DNA of 63,286 nt, filler included, from Octopus bimaculoides (GCF_001194135.2; 7 parts of 7 records of this genome joined end to end with filler, not necessarily neighbours in it); one strand, 5' to 3'. Counted from the first letter of the whole stretch, positions 12,098-26,071 are shown. Notes: generated by a model not told the origin, from the sequence alone. Made by a program: numbers and translations.

Positions 12098-12841
12098 AAG
12101 TTGGAAAATATATTAACGTAGTGTTACGAGCGACCACTAAATCTACAGGATGAAAACGCTCTATGAAACAACAAAGGGGGTAACGAACGAAAAGATATCT
12201 CACGGTAAAACCAGGACTTGAACAGAAAAATGCGAAGGCTGCGAAATATTAGCGGTAGATACAGAAAAATCTTCATCTAAACTTTTACACAACCAATCTT
12301 TCATAATTTATAGACATACTACGAGTACATTTTCGTGTTCTTGTTCATCAAGTTCGTATTTTCCATAAAATAACAATATTTGTTGTTTTGATTGGTAGCT
12401 AACTAAAACAGAAAATAAAATGTCAAAAAAAAAAAAAAATACAAAGAGGTAAAACAAAGGTATATTGGTGTTTAGTTTGAAAGTAATGACTGACATTGTA
12501 ACAATCTCTAGTCTTGTTAAAATTGTCATTTGGATTCAGTCAAAAAGCAGCTGTATTGTAAATAGGAAAAGAAAACGTGTAAAAACGATGATATTGTCTG
12601 ATGATTCTGAAGTAGTAATTTTAAATGCATGTCGAATTAGAAATACACGTTGAACGGATTCAGTAGATGCATTCAATTAATGTACTTTTTGTAGTCAGAA
12701 AGGAACAATTGCACACAAGCACAAAGGCAATGGATATAGCGCGCCGGCCGATGAACACATTGTGAAATGTAGACATCTGAAAGGATTATGCTGTATACAT
12801 ATGTAAAAGTTTCAGATATCATTTTCTCACCTGTTCAGTGT

Positions 12842-12851
12842 AATAAATAAA
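12842..12851 (+). promoter_or_regulatory. Candidate polyadenylation signal of DUR3-like gene
   Basis: Overlapping AATAAA hexamers ~745 nt after the stop, just before a minisatellite. Not verifiable without RNA data. Confidence 0.3.
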
Positions 12852-12922
12852 ATGGTAAACATTTTCATTGCTACATCTAAATCTCAATTTCAATAAGCTG
12901 TCTATGCAAACCTTTGTAAACA

Positions 12923-13184
12923 CATGAACACATACGTTTGTATTAGTAATGTATGAACATATACATTTGTATGTACATCATATAAAATATATGTTTGTAT
13001 ACGTAACATGTGGACGTATACGTTTGTGTGTGTAACATACTGGCATATGCGTTTCTATTTGTGACATATAAACATATACGTTTGTGTTTGAATATATACG
13101 TTTGTATGTGTAACATATGAACATATACGTTTAAACATGTACATTTGTGTACCTAACATATAAACATATACGTTTGTGTATGTA
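12923..13184. repeat. Degenerate ~29-bp minisatellite
   Basis: Repeated catatgaacatatacgtttgtgtgtgtaa-like units. Confidence 0.7.
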
Positions 13185-13632
13185 GAAGGTTAATGTAAAC
13201 ACATTTTGAGTGTATCTTGCTTTTATAGATGTAAACAATTAAAAGAAATATGTAAAATTTTAATTCGTTATTAAAAATATACATTTATGTAATCAATAAA
13301 TAAATATTTTAGTCCTTTAACAGATTCAAACAATTACAGTTTAAAGATATTAACACATTTTTAAATGATTTGTAAATAGGAAAATCGTATGAAGTGGCAC
13401 ATGTGATGACAATACCTCATTGTAGAGTAAATTTATTACACATATTTTCTTAGATAGCGTCATGCCTCATTAAACATAACGCCATTCCCGGAGGTAAGAC
13501 TCAGGTGAAGACGCTTAGTGGTGCGATTTCCCGTATGTTCGACTGATGCGACAGGAATGAGGTCAATTGTGGACTTCGGGTTGGCTTCACCCCACTACCC
13601 TTTTTGTGAGTTGATAACCTCTGATGAAGTGG

Positions 13633-13680
<48 letters not shown>

Positions 13681-15186
13681 TCTGAGAGCTTGTGTTGACA
13701 GAATACTCTGTGCTAAAATCAGTCTCATTAAGCATCAGCATAGGATCGTTTGATTGCAGTGATATGTGAACTTGCCATCCGTATAATATATAGGGTAAAT
13801 TAATAAAAATTCCAAATACCTACTTAATTTTCAACAACCTTGTCAGAAATCCATGCAAAAGAACCATTAATTTTTTTCTCTAATACATTAATGTTAGATA
13901 TTAGCGGTTTCAGAACTTAATTCCCTGCTTCATCTAACAGGAAAAATCTGTCAGAATATCATCTGGTTCATATCCTTTTCTCGCCAAATACTTAAATCTA
14001 CATTCGTTAAACATGCTATAATTTTATTCAACAAAAATTCTCAGTAAATCACAGTAGTAAGGAATTATTTAATAAAAACATCCTAAAATTAGGTTGTAGT
14101 TGTAAACAGATAAAAAAAAAATGTAATTTAAAGTAAACTGACTAAACCAGTAGAGTTAACTTTTAAAGCAGAAAAGAATGTTCGTATTTTCTAAACGAAT
14201 CAGAAATATAGCAAAAAGGTAATCAAATTTTCCAATTGTTTGGACATAGAAAGAATGTAGTACTACATTCGCTATCCAATATAACGGCTATGAAAGATGC
14301 AAGCCACACACACAGAGAAATATAATCTACGAACTGTGTAATTCTGAAAAAAGTCTATTTAGGAATGTTAACAAATCTTATGACTATTAGAATGTCAGGT
14401 CATACATTTTTAACAAATGACGACATTTCGGAAAGTTTCTTTTGACAAAGTGAAAATATACATATAAACATTAGACTGAATTTACTTGCCACACACTGAT
14501 CTATCATAACAGCACGCACGTTTATTTATTTATTGTTCATGCATATNNNNNNNNNNNNNNNNNNNNNNNNNNNNNNNNNNNNNNNNNNNNTTAATTAATT
14601 AANNNNNNNNNNNNNNNNNNNNNNNNNNNNNNNNNNNNNNNNNNNNATATATATATATATATATATATATTTGTTTAGATGTACATGCGTATGTATGTAT
14701 GTGTGTATGTATATATATATGTGTGTGTGTCTCTTTGCATACCGATGTGTGTGTATATATATACGCACATCAGATATATATATATACATGAATCTTATAT
14801 ATGTATAAGTATTTATGTACACAATTATATACGTCTAAAACATATGATAAATATATTTATATCATTGTATATATGCATGTGTGTACGTATGTCATTGAAT
14901 ATGTTGTGCATCTTAGTCGCCATTACTCACCCATCCAACTTATCAAACAATCAAAAATTAGGCTCCACCGATTTCCTTATGCTTTACCATTTGTTTGCTT
15001 CTTGCCTGTTTATTTTGGTGATTGATTTATTGATTGGTTAAGTAGAGTTCTATATACAAACAGGTATAGATACACATACACGCACAGGCGCGTATCCACA
15101 CACCTACCTATTTATCAAGCATACACACAAACAAATATACATATCTACATGTATATATATATGTATACACACACACAGACATATAT

Positions 15187-15233
<47 letters not shown>

Positions 15234-15659
15234 GGAAGGGAGCGAGAATTTCGCAATTTGTTGCACAAAAGCATAATAATGCTCGATCAACTCCAGTTCT
15301 AAAGAAGTGTAGAGTCATATTCATAAATTCTTAACACAGGCACAATCATGAACGCACGCACACACGCACACACACACATACACATACATATACACTGATA
15401 TATCTCAATATGTATGTCAAAATGTAAGATAAGGAGGAATAGAAGTCCGAGCTACGGATCAGTTCAATAAGCTGTACATATGAGGTGATTGGAAAACGAT
15501 TAATCATGACTTTTGCTATATCTTGAAGTGATTGAAATGTTTTTCCTCTCAGTTGTAATCCATTAACCTTCAGATGGGTCAGCTTCGAAGTTCATAAGGA
15601 AGATTTAGGCAGGTGTAAATAGTTTTCTTTTGTTTAGAGTTGGACTAGTGTGGCTATAA

Positions 15660-16170
15660 ATGTCACAGTACGTCGACAACCTTTTGTCCACAAACATAAG
15701 CAAAGAGATACATACATTATCTTTCAATGAAACCATCGTTAACAATGAGATGTTAGGAAAGAATAAAATACACGCCACAACAACAAGTAACCATACTAAA
15801 ACTACTAAGATTAGTAAAGTTATATGGTATAACCCACCATATAATATTAATTTAAAAGCCTGTTATGAAATATTTTTTCTCGTAATCAAAATGATCCCAT
15901 ATTAGCCACAATTGACACCAGATATAAAATAAGAAGAAAAGATAATAGATGTACAACAAGACAAAATCACATTCCTTTAAAATTAACAATGCAAACCATT
16001 GCATAGAAACGAATAGGGCAAATGCATAGAAAACAACATTCTTCGCCATTCCGATGGCATTACATCAACCTACAAATTGTTCATAATGCTCTTATGCAAA
16101 AGCCATCTACACCGGATCAACATACCATTCCGTCATCGACACTTGGGAACCATTTCGGAACTTTCGAATT
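15660..16170 (+). mobile_element. Decayed Penelope-like linker / GIY-YIG fragment
   Basis: VIWYNPPYN; GKCIENNI; AIYTGST in different frames, in the expected order. Confidence 0.55.
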
Positions 16171-16667
16171 ATAGTTAGAAATCAAGAAATGTTATATAAA
16201 CTGTAAGTATAAAAAGTAGCAGGTGCATTTAGTAATTCATCGAAATACTGTAACTTCGTTTTAAAGAAAAGCTTCATATCACATCCTTCCCTTCCAATTG
16301 TAAGTTAAGTGAAAGCATTCATTCCGATCTGCCACCAGATATTCTAATTCATTCCCAAGTACTTCAACATAGCAAGTGACGACAAGAGCGCGATAGTATT
16401 TGAAAACTAATTTTAAACATTATTGGTCCTTAATTCTCAGTTTACTGATGCATACAATTAATTCACTGCATGGAAGTGGAACTGTGATTTTGTTTGTAAA
16501 TTGTTTACCTTACATATGAATAAGCACATACATATGTGCACGTGCACACGAACATATGAAGATAAGTAATGCATAATTACGTATGCGTATATGCGTGTGT
16601 GTGTGTGTGTGTATGTGTGGTGCATGTATGTACACTACCATAAACAGGTGTGTATAAATATCAATTA

Positions 16668-16738
<71 letters not shown>

Positions 16739-16955
16739 TAGAAATGATCTAATTATAAATCTCACAGAGAGAATTAAGCAGCAGTGTTACGATAAAGCAG
16801 TTGTATACTGTCAACTTAATGTGAGAGTCCCAATAAGGGAATCATACTGCTGCTATTTAGCCCTGGGAAGCTGGACCGCTTCCTGTCGGCCTTGACACAT
16901 TTCCCGTGTTCTTATATTTGCGAGAGGGAGACAAGCACCCCCACCCAGTTTAGTC

Positions 16956-17008
16956 TGCATTCAGGGACATATTTCTGAGTCATTGCTCGTCATCAGCCTG
17001 AAGTAGCA
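16956..17008 (-). ncRNA. Minimal type I hammerhead ribozyme-like motif
   Basis: Minus strand: ttcagg-CTGATGA-c-gag-caatga-ctc-a-GAAA-tat-GTC-cctgaa. Perfect 6-bp stem I and a GUC site. Confidence 0.65.
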
Positions 17009-17059
17009 ACTGTATATGTATACACACAGAGATGTATACATATATATATATATATATGT

Positions 17060-17090
<31 letters not shown>

Positions 17091-17107
17091 AATATACATA
17101 TATATAT

Positions 17108-17319
17108 ATCATCATCATCATCATCATCATCGTTTAACGTCCGCTTTCCATGCTAGCATGGGTTGGACGATTTGACTGAGGACTGGTGAAACCGGATGGC
17201 AACACCAGGCTCCAGTCTGATTTGGCAGAGTTTCTACAGCTGGATGCCCTTCCTAACGCCAACCACTCAGAGAGTGTAGTGGGTGCTTTTACGTGTCACC
17301 CGCACGAAAACGGCCACGC
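17108..17319 (-). mobile_element. Retroposon 3' end with (GAT)n tail (family F)
   Basis: Reverse complement of the copy at 57038-57272 (ggttggc(g/a)ttaggaagggcatccagctgtagaaac..gcggacgttaaacgatgatgatg). Confidence 0.8.
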
Positions 17320-18561
17320 NNNNNNNNNNNNNNNNNNNNNNNNNNNNNNNNNNNNNNNNNNNNNNNNNNNNNNNNNNNNNNNNNNNNNNNNNNNNNNNNN
17401 NNNNNNNNNNNNNNNNNNNNNNNNNNNNNNNNNNNNNNNNNNNNNNNNNNNNNNNNNNNNNNNNNNNNNNNNNNNNNNNNNNNNNNNNNNNNNNNNNNNN
17501 NNNNNNNNNNNNNNNNNNNNNNNNNNNNNNNNNNNNNNNNNNNNNNNNNNNNNNNNNNNNNNNNNNNNNNNNNNNNNNNNNNNNNNNNNNNNNNNNNNNN
17601 NNNNNNNNNNNNNNNNNNNNNNNNNNNNNNNNNNNNNNNNNNNNNNNNNNNNNNNNNNNNNNNNNNNNNNNNNNNNNNNNNNNNNNNNNNNNNNNNNNNN
17701 NNNNNNNNNNNNNNNNNNNNNNNNNNNNNNNNNNNNNNNNNNNNNNNNNNNNNNNNNNNNNNNNNNNNNNNNNNNNNNNNNNNNNNNNNNNNNNNNNNNN
17801 NNNNNNNNNNNNNNNNNNNNNNNNNNNNNNNNNNNNNNNNNNNNNNNNNNNNNNNNNNNNNNNNNNNNNNNNNNNNNNNNNNNNNNNNNNNNNNNNNNNN
17901 NNNNNNNNNNNNNNNNNNNNNNNNNNNNNNNNNNNNNNNNNNNNNNNNNNNNNNNNNNNNNNNNNNNNNNNNNNNNNNNNNNNNNNNNNNNNNNNNNNNN
18001 NNNNNNNNNNNNNNNNNNNNNNNNNNNNNNNNNNNNNNNNNNNNNNNNNNNNNNNNNNNNNNNNNNNNNNNNNNNNNNNNATATATAAGTAGAGAAGGGT
18101 GGGGTGACACACAAAACATAAGGAAAGGGTATACTAGAGACAAACAGTGACGTAACAAGCCTCGCTTGAAGCTGACCGTGGAAATCGTACATCTCAACAT
18201 ATCCTCTTCCACCAATATTACCTAACTGCATTTTTAATTAAGTCCCAATAGACGACGCATCCAGTTTCTAACATTCTCCCCATCAATACATTTGATACTC
18301 CAGCCCCTTCTCCATTACATTTCAGCTCTATAAGTGTAGAAATGTAATGGAACACAATCATAATTAACCTACTTATTCACACCCCAGCTAACGAAGGAGC
18401 CCTTACGTGGTCACTCCACATGCAAGAAATAGCTGCTAAATCTCACTCAAGTTACACCTTACTGTCACAGGGAAAGCCTCGCTGTATAATGGGGTTTTGG
18501 ATTCCATTCGTATAAAACAGATAGGATATCATCAACTGAAGTGTCTTTAATATAGGAATAG

Positions 18562-18798
18562 GGCGGCGAGCTGGCAGAATCGCTAGCACATCGGGCGAAA
18601 TGCTTAGCGGTATTTTGTCTGCCGTTACGTTCTGAGTTCAACCTCGGCCAAGGTCGACTTTTGCCTTTCATCCTTTCGGGGTCGATTAAATAAGTACCAG
18701 TTATGCACTGCGGTCGATGTAATCGACTTAATCCCTTTGTCTGTCCTTGTTTGTCCCCTCTATGTTTTGTCTCCTGTGGGCAATAAAGATATAAATAT
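18562..18798 (+). mobile_element. SINE family A, long-tail subtype
   Basis: Family A head and core, plus tail cgacttaatccctttgtctgtccttgtttgtcc..gggcaataaaga. Confidence 0.85.
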
Positions 18799-19569
18799 AG
18801 GGGTGGAACCAATATAATTTACTAACCCAACATAAGTTTTTTTTAAACACATGTAGTACTGCCATCACCACCGACCGCCACATCTGCTTCCCTTTTGGTA
18901 CAATAACCGCTCCATCATCGTCAATGTCACCACCACCTTCATCAGTACTATCATCTCCATCTCCACCACCACCACTAACACCACTACAGCTACCAACCAG
19001 TTATCCTGCCACTACCATGGCAACTACAAACAGCACCCCACATGCCACCACCGCCTTAATAAGCTCATCAAAATATTTTATTTCGATCCCAGCTCCTGTC
19101 ACTGTAGTACCCCCAATAAGCACTATTGCCATCATGTCATGTCATCCCACCACCACTACCACCAACACCGCCACTACTTTCACTATCACACCTTTGATGC
19201 AAAGCAACGCGCGGAGGAGCCGCCACGCAATGAGTCTGTCTGCTAGAAAGTGCAACTAAACATTCCTCCTTGAAAAGAACAAGTTGAAAGAAATATTCCT
19301 TTGTTAACTTCCCGAGAAACAGAGAAATTCATCAGAGATGGAGTGCGTTTCGTCATGTGACATTCTGATGATGGCAGACCAAGGGCTAAAAAACAAGAGC
19401 TGTTAACACCATCATCACTACAACTACTACTACAAACAACATCCTTACTATTGGGACCACGATTCAGTGTCAGAAAGCGGAAAGGGAAGGTTAGAGGCAC
19501 GTGAGAGAGGTGTGTGGTGGGGAGCAAGGAATTGGCACAGGAATGTGTTTATGGGGGGGGNNNNNNNNN

Positions 19570-19709
19570 NTGTGTGAATGATGTTGATGATGATGATGAG
19601 GAGGAGGAGGAGGATGACGATGATGAGAGGGAGGAGGATGGTGAATGATGATAAGGATAAAGAAGACAAGGTTAAGAATGAGAAAATGATGGTGATGATG
19701 ATGATGATA

Positions 19710-19742
<33 letters not shown>

Positions 19743-20129
19743 GTGATGATGATGGTGATGATGGTGATGATGATGGTGATGATGATGATGATGATGGTGA
19801 TGATGATGGTGATGATGATGATGATGAGGGTTTGAAAAGGTGTGGCCGGCGAGTTTAATATCTGATGAAATGATAACAACTGTGACGACGATGATGGTGG
19901 AGGCGATGTTAAATGATGGTGGTGATGAAGTTCACGTTCATGATGAAGAGGAGGAGGGAAGAGGGGGAAGGAGAAGGCGGAGATGGCTATTAGAGGAGTT
20001 GGAGTGGAGGAGTGATGATTTGGGGGTGTGGCTGATATAGATAGGTAAGTGTCGTGCTTTGTTGATGCTACCGACGCTGTTGCTGATGATGTTGATGATG
20101 ACGATGATGATGATGGTGATGATGATGAC

Positions 20130-20184
<55 letters not shown>

Positions 20185-20215
20185 ATGATGATGATGATGA
20201 TGATGATGGTGGTGG

Positions 20216-20264
<49 letters not shown>

Positions 20265-20545
20265 GATGATGGTGATGGTGATGATGATGAGGATGATTAT
20301 GATGATGATGATGATGATGATGATGGTGGTGGTGATGATGATGATGACGACGATGACGATGATGATGATGACGATGACGATGATGATGATGATGATGATG
20401 ATGACGATGATGATGACGATGATGATGACGATGATGATGATGATGACGATGATGATGACGATGATGATGATGATGATGATGATGATGACGACGACGACGA
20501 CGATGATGATGATGATGATGATGATGATGATAGCAATGATGATGA
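19570..20545. repeat. Long (GAT)n-rich microsatellite tracts
   Basis: (GAT/GGT)n at ~19690-19826 and a ~460-bp (GAT/GAC)n at ~20080-20545. Confidence 0.95.
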
Positions 20546-20872
20546 TGCTGACGATGCGGATAAGGATAACACAGCAGTGATAGGTGTGTGGTGTTTTCTA
20601 GATTCAAGCAGAGACGGGAGTAGCGTGTAGTTTTTCCTCTACCGCCATCCCAAGATCGGCCATCAGAGTACAATATAGACTCTTTAATGGCAACAAGTTT
20701 TAAGAGTGGCTAGCGCCCTGATGATACTCCTTGTTGCTGTTATTGCTGTTGTTGTTGTCGGTGGTGGTAGCGGTAGTGGTTGTTGTGGTGGTGGTGGTGA
20801 TGGTGATAGTGGCGGTACTGGGGTTCTTTGTTGGTTTCGAAGGCAGAGGCGTGATATATATATATATATATA

Positions 20873-20963
20873 CTAGCAGAAATACCCGGCGTTGCCCGGG
20901 TTAAAGAGAATAATGAAATCTAAAAACGCCGTCTAGACTACGCATCATCTTTATATAGAGAGA
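20873..20963 (-). mobile_element. 91-bp non-autonomous mini-Helitron
   Basis: Minus strand begins A|TC and ends with a 6-bp GC hairpin (acccgg-gcaacg-ccgggt), 7 nt, then CTAG|T. This matches canonical Helitron termini and an AT target with no TSD. Confidence 0.7.
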
Positions 20964-21285
20964 TGTATATACACACACGCACCCAAACACACGTATATAT
21001 ATGTATATCAATATAAATATATGAAAGTCAATGAAGTTTCGTAAAAGAAGGTGATCATGTACATACTTTCTTGCTGTTGTGATTATAACACCTCATTGTA
21101 AACTATGTTCCTTGTTTTCCCTTGTGGAGCATATANNNNNNNNNNNNNNNNNNNNNNNNNNNNNNNNNNNNNNNNNNNNTTAATTAATTAANNNNNNNNN
21201 NNNNNNNNNNNNNNNNNNNNNNNNNNNNNNNNNNNATATATATGTATGTATGTATATATATTTGTATGTATGTATATATATATAT

Positions 21286-21420
21286 ATATATAATATTTGT
21301 AAACAAACCCGAAAAGCTTTGTAAGTTACGGAAAGCTACTCATGATATAATAATATCTATATAATAATATATTATAATAATATTTTATACTCCTTTCGGC
21401 CTTGTTTACAAATATTATAT
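21286..21420. mobile_element. Small hairpin / MITE-like element
   Basis: taatatttgtaaacaaacccgaaa (21291-21314) vs tttcggccttgtttacaaatatta (21394-21417), 2 mismatches, in TA-rich flanks. Confidence 0.6.
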
Positions 21421-22272
21421 GAAGCATTAGACAATTTAAGTATATATTAACTAAATTTGGCCGAAATTGATGGGTGAGGGGTAGCCAAATTCGGATACAC
21501 AATGAGCCATTTTAACATTGATTTGTCGATTCGATTCTTGCTGGGCTTAGTTCATCATTTTTCAGTCATTTGTTTGTTTTTAAAAACATTGTCGCTCTAA
21601 ATCGGAGAATAAAATATTATTATATAGTTATTTACATATATATATATATAGGCATAGCTACTCGAGTGGAATGGATTTTATATTTTTTCTACACTTTTAT
21701 ATGTGTATGTGCGTGTTTATATATGGGTAAGGTAGGTGCTTATCAAAATATATTATCGACGGTGAGATGACTTGTAATGTATGAATTTGTTATATTAATA
21801 GGACCTCTATTTTTTCGTGTTTACCACCGTCATCAGTTCGAGAGGGAAGGAGAGATTGGTTAAGTGAATGAGTAAGTGATTGAGTCAGTCAGTCTGTTAG
21901 TGCATGAGTGAGTGCGTGAATGACAAAGCTGTATTGAATTGCTTATGCATATGCATGAGTAGTTATGTAAATTACTTGTTTCTTACACGTAAAGCTGTTA
22001 TAATAAATTCACTTGATAACTTGATAAATATGTATAAAATCTTTACAAGGCGATATGATTCAATGGCACATATCCTAACTAAATTGGTACTTCTTCTTAA
22101 TTAAACTCAAGCAATATATGCACAGTTTATCTTGCTCCTATACTTATGAATTGGTTCAATATAATAGGCGTTGGGAAAGCACAGAAATAGCTTACTCAGT
22201 AATTTATACACTGACGCACTCAATCAAACATACACACACTGACACATACATATATACATATACATACACACG

Positions 22273-22352
<80 letters not shown>

Positions 22353-23158
22353 ATAATGGATGGCTGTCAGTATGTATAATTAATTTCACATATATATGCA
22401 TATGCAAATCGGATTAAAAAATACAGCCGTTAAATATAGATAAATGAACTTAACAGGGCTTAATTAATATAATTTTAAATATGGATAATTTTCAAAACTA
22501 ACAACGTTTAGAAAAGAGAAAATATTTCATCCTATATCGAAAGATATAATGGTTATACAAAATTTGGAAAGACTCAACAATTCTTCAAGTGGAGACTATA
22601 TTTCAAATTATTTACGAAAATCAAATTAGCCTCAGGAATAGAAATGCCTTTTGATATAAAAAAAACAAAACATTTATATACGATATTCCTCCTTTACTCT
22701 TTTCTCTGTACATCCATCCATCCATCCATATGTATGTGTGTGGTTACGTGTGTATCGTATTTATACATCTATATATTTGTGTATATGATCATACTCAATC
22801 GAATATATGTATACATGTGTATATATTTGTTTGTACGTCTGTACGTATGCATATATATATATACCGTTTATGTGTGTGCACGTGCATATGTGTACCTCCC
22901 CATATATAACCATATACATACACCGAATGTTAATTCGATTTGAGTCAGCTATATGTATACAATATATACAGTTATATACAATATATACTATGAAAGTTGA
23001 AAGACATTTACTCAGGTCTATGGGCAAATCTAAAATTTCCGTTTTAAAATTTGTCAAATTCATTAACTGCAAAACTTTTCTTTTTTGTTCTTTTGTTTTT
23101 TATAATTTCTAATTCTTAAATTCTTTCTCTCTTTCGTCTCTGTATTATCTTACAATCT

Positions 23159-23159
<1 letters not shown>

Positions 23160-23232
<73 letters not shown>

Positions 23233-23317
23233 CTTCTTCTTCTTCTTCTTCTTCTTCTTCTTCTTCTTCTTCTTCTTCTTCTTCTTCTTCTTCTTCTTCT
23301 TCTTCTTCTTCTTCTTC
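23160..23317. repeat. Compound (GTT)n(TTC)n microsatellite
   Basis: Directly visible. Confidence 0.95.
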
Positions 23318-23544
23318 ATTTCCATTCACGTTCCTCACTTCGAAACTATTTCTAAGCTTAGATTTGTTTCTAATTTCTTTCATTGTTTTTCGTTTAAATT
23401 TTTGTCTTTCACATGTTTTAGTCACTGGCGTGCGGCCCTGCTACGCACGCAAATTAATTTGATCACAATACCTATTTTGTTAAGCCTAGTATTTATTCTA
23501 TGTCTTACATATCCGCTATCTGTCAGGTGGGGGAGGGAGGCGGA

Positions 23545-23900
23545 AACAAACCCCGATTAGTTGTCAAGCAGTAGTGGGAGGCAAACACAAATACACGCAT
23601 ATATAGATACACACATATATAGATACACACATATATAGATACACACATATATAGATACACACACATATGCGTGTATGTGTGTCTTTGTGTCTGTGTTAGT
23701 CCCTCCACCACCATCACCACTTGAAAACCAGCGTTTTATTAATGTCTCTATACTTTGCCACCTTAGCAAAAGGGCCTGTTAGGATACATGCGAGACCTAA
23801 GAATAAAATGTACTGGTGTCGATCCATTTAACTAAAACTCTTCAAGGCGGTGCCACAGCGTGGTCACAGGCTAATGTCCGAAACAAGTAAAAGAGTAAAA
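23545..23900. mobile_element. Two SINE family B fragments in inverted orientation
   Basis: A minus-strand middle segment (ttgtcaagcagtagtggg) and a plus-strand middle+3' segment (..ggcggtgccacagcgtgg..gaaacaagtaaaaga), joined by 4 x 16-bp catatatagatacaca. Confidence 0.65.
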
Positions 23901-24759
23901 TAGATTATTACAAATGTATGAATGCATGCTTGTTTGTACGTGTGTGAGTGCGTGTGTAATTGTGTGTGTGGTTGTAAGTACGTATATGGATATATATGAT
24001 TGCTTGGACATTTGTGTATGTGGGTGTCGATATACTTAAATCAAAACCGTATATATTATTTCCTGGACATGTGCTTCGATTAACGGAGCGAGAGACAAAC
24101 TTCCATCGTGATGGAGTGGGCACCGGAATGCAGAAAAATACTGAGTGTTGGGAAGTCTGCAATCCGTGCGTTTGGAGAAAGGTCGTTGTCCATTGTGCTG
24201 ACAGAAATGGAGGATCTAAGACTTAACAGATATCCTGTATGACAGATACATTTTCCTATTTAATTCCAAATATTCCCCTTGCTTCATTTCCTTTTATTCA
24301 ATTTTGATTATTCTAGTTTTTTTAGAATACTCTTCCGTATTATCTTTTGAGCAATTATGAATGTCCATTGTAATTTGTGTAATTAAGGTGATATGCTTGT
24401 AAAAATATCTTCATTTCTCTCGACACATTTACAAGACTGACACAGATGCTTCCATTTTATTAAAGATTTGACGTGAGAAAATGAATGGTTATAAGCAAAT
24501 ATATCAAGGGTATAAACATGCAAAAACAAACAAAAAGAAAATAATACACACAAACGCCTAGAAAAAGTGTGTAACTGCCAAAATTACGGAACCAACAAGA
24601 ATACGAAATATAGTGATAAAGTTATACATTTGTAATTATTAATATTAATTTGTGAAATATAAAATGAAACAAGAAATATGTATATCGTAAACGCAAAAAT
24701 TCGAACTTATTCACTCTCGCACACCTATATCCACACACAAATATGTGTATGTTCTACAT

Positions 24760-24821
<62 letters not shown>

Positions 24822-25883
24822 ACATACACACACGCACACACACACGCACACANNNNNNNNNNNNNNNNNNNNNNNNNNNNNNNNNNNNNNNNNNNNNNNN
24901 NNNNNNNNNNNNNNNNNNNNNNNNNNNNNNNNNNNNNNNNNNNNNNNNNNNNNNNNNNNNNNNNNNNNNNNNNNNNNNNNNNNNNNNNNNNNNNNNNNNN
25001 NNNNNNNNNNNNNNNNNNNNNNNNNNNNNNNNNNNNNNNNNNNNNNNNNNNNNNNNNNNNNNNNNNNNNNNNNNNNNNNNNNNNNNNNNNNNNNNNNNNN
25101 NNNNNNNNNNNNNNNNNNNNNNNNNNNNNNNNNNNNNNNNNNNNNNNNNNNNNNNNNNNNNNNNNNNNNNNNNNNNNNNNNNNNNNNNNNNNNNNNNNNN
25201 NNNNNNNNNNNNNNNNNNNNNNNNNNNNNNNNNNNNNNNNNNNNNNNNNNNNNNNNNNNNNNNNNNNNNNNNNNNNNNNNNNNNNNNNNNNNNNNNNNNN
25301 NNNNNNNNNNNNNNNNNNNNNNNNNNNNNNNNNNNNNNNNNNNNNNNNNNNNNNNNNNNNNNNNNNNNNNNNNNNNNNNNNNNNNNNNNNNNNNNNNNNN
25401 NNNNNNNNNNNNNNNNNNNNNNNNNNNNNNNNNNNNNNNNNNNNNNNNNNNNNNNNNNNNNNNNNNNNNNNNNNNNNNNNNNNNNNNNNNNNNNNNNNNN
25501 NNNNNNNNNNNNNNNNNNNNNNNNNNNNNNNNNNNNNNNNNNNNNNNNNNNNNNNNNNNNNNNNNNNNNNNNNNNNNNNNNNNNNNNNNNNNNNNNNNNN
25601 NNNNNNNNNNNNNNNNNNNNNNNNNNNNNNNNNNNNNNNNNNNNNNNNNNNNNNNNNNNNNNNNNNNNNNNNNNNNNNNNNNNNNNNNNNNNNNNNNNNN
25701 NNNNNNNNNNNNNNNNNNNNNNNNNNNNNNNNNNNNNNNNNNNNNNNNNNNNNNNNNNNNNNNNNNNNNNNNNNNNNNNNNNNNNNNNNNNNNNNNNNNN
25801 NNNNNNNNNNNNNNNNNNNNNNNNNNNNNNNNNNNNNNNNNNNNNNNNNACCACCACCATCATCGTCATCATCATCATCATCG

Positions 25884-25914
<31 letters not shown>

Positions 25915-26015
25915 AATCATCATCATCAGTGGTTTCGCCGAAAGAGGCAGTGTGGCGTTTCCGTCTGAAACCTTTGAAATCATGCACCTTCTTCTTCTTC
26001 TTCTTCTTCTTCTTC

Positions 26016-26071
<56 letters not shown>

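Noticed and set aside
14591-14602. TTAATTAATTAA islands flanked by 44 Ns each side (also 21180, 32278, 38629, 47985, 58337)
   Set aside because: Identical 100-nt N-linker-N blocks with stops in all frames: assembly spacers for gaps of unknown size, not biology.
17186-18231. Long ORFs spanning N runs (also ~3140-3810, 24680-26110, 39800-40980, 43800-45050, 56280-57140, 58915-60670)
   Set aside because: Open only because N codons are not stops.
20049-20673. Poly-Asp / poly-His / poly-Met ORFs
   Set aside because: Translations of a (GAT)n microsatellite with no splice or homology support. The same applies to poly-Leu, poly-Ile and (CV)n/(HT)n ORFs elsewhere.
24050-24220. Possible RTE C-terminal fragment (FPGHVLR..ADRNG)
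   Set aside because: Only two short motifs; too weak to call without a search.
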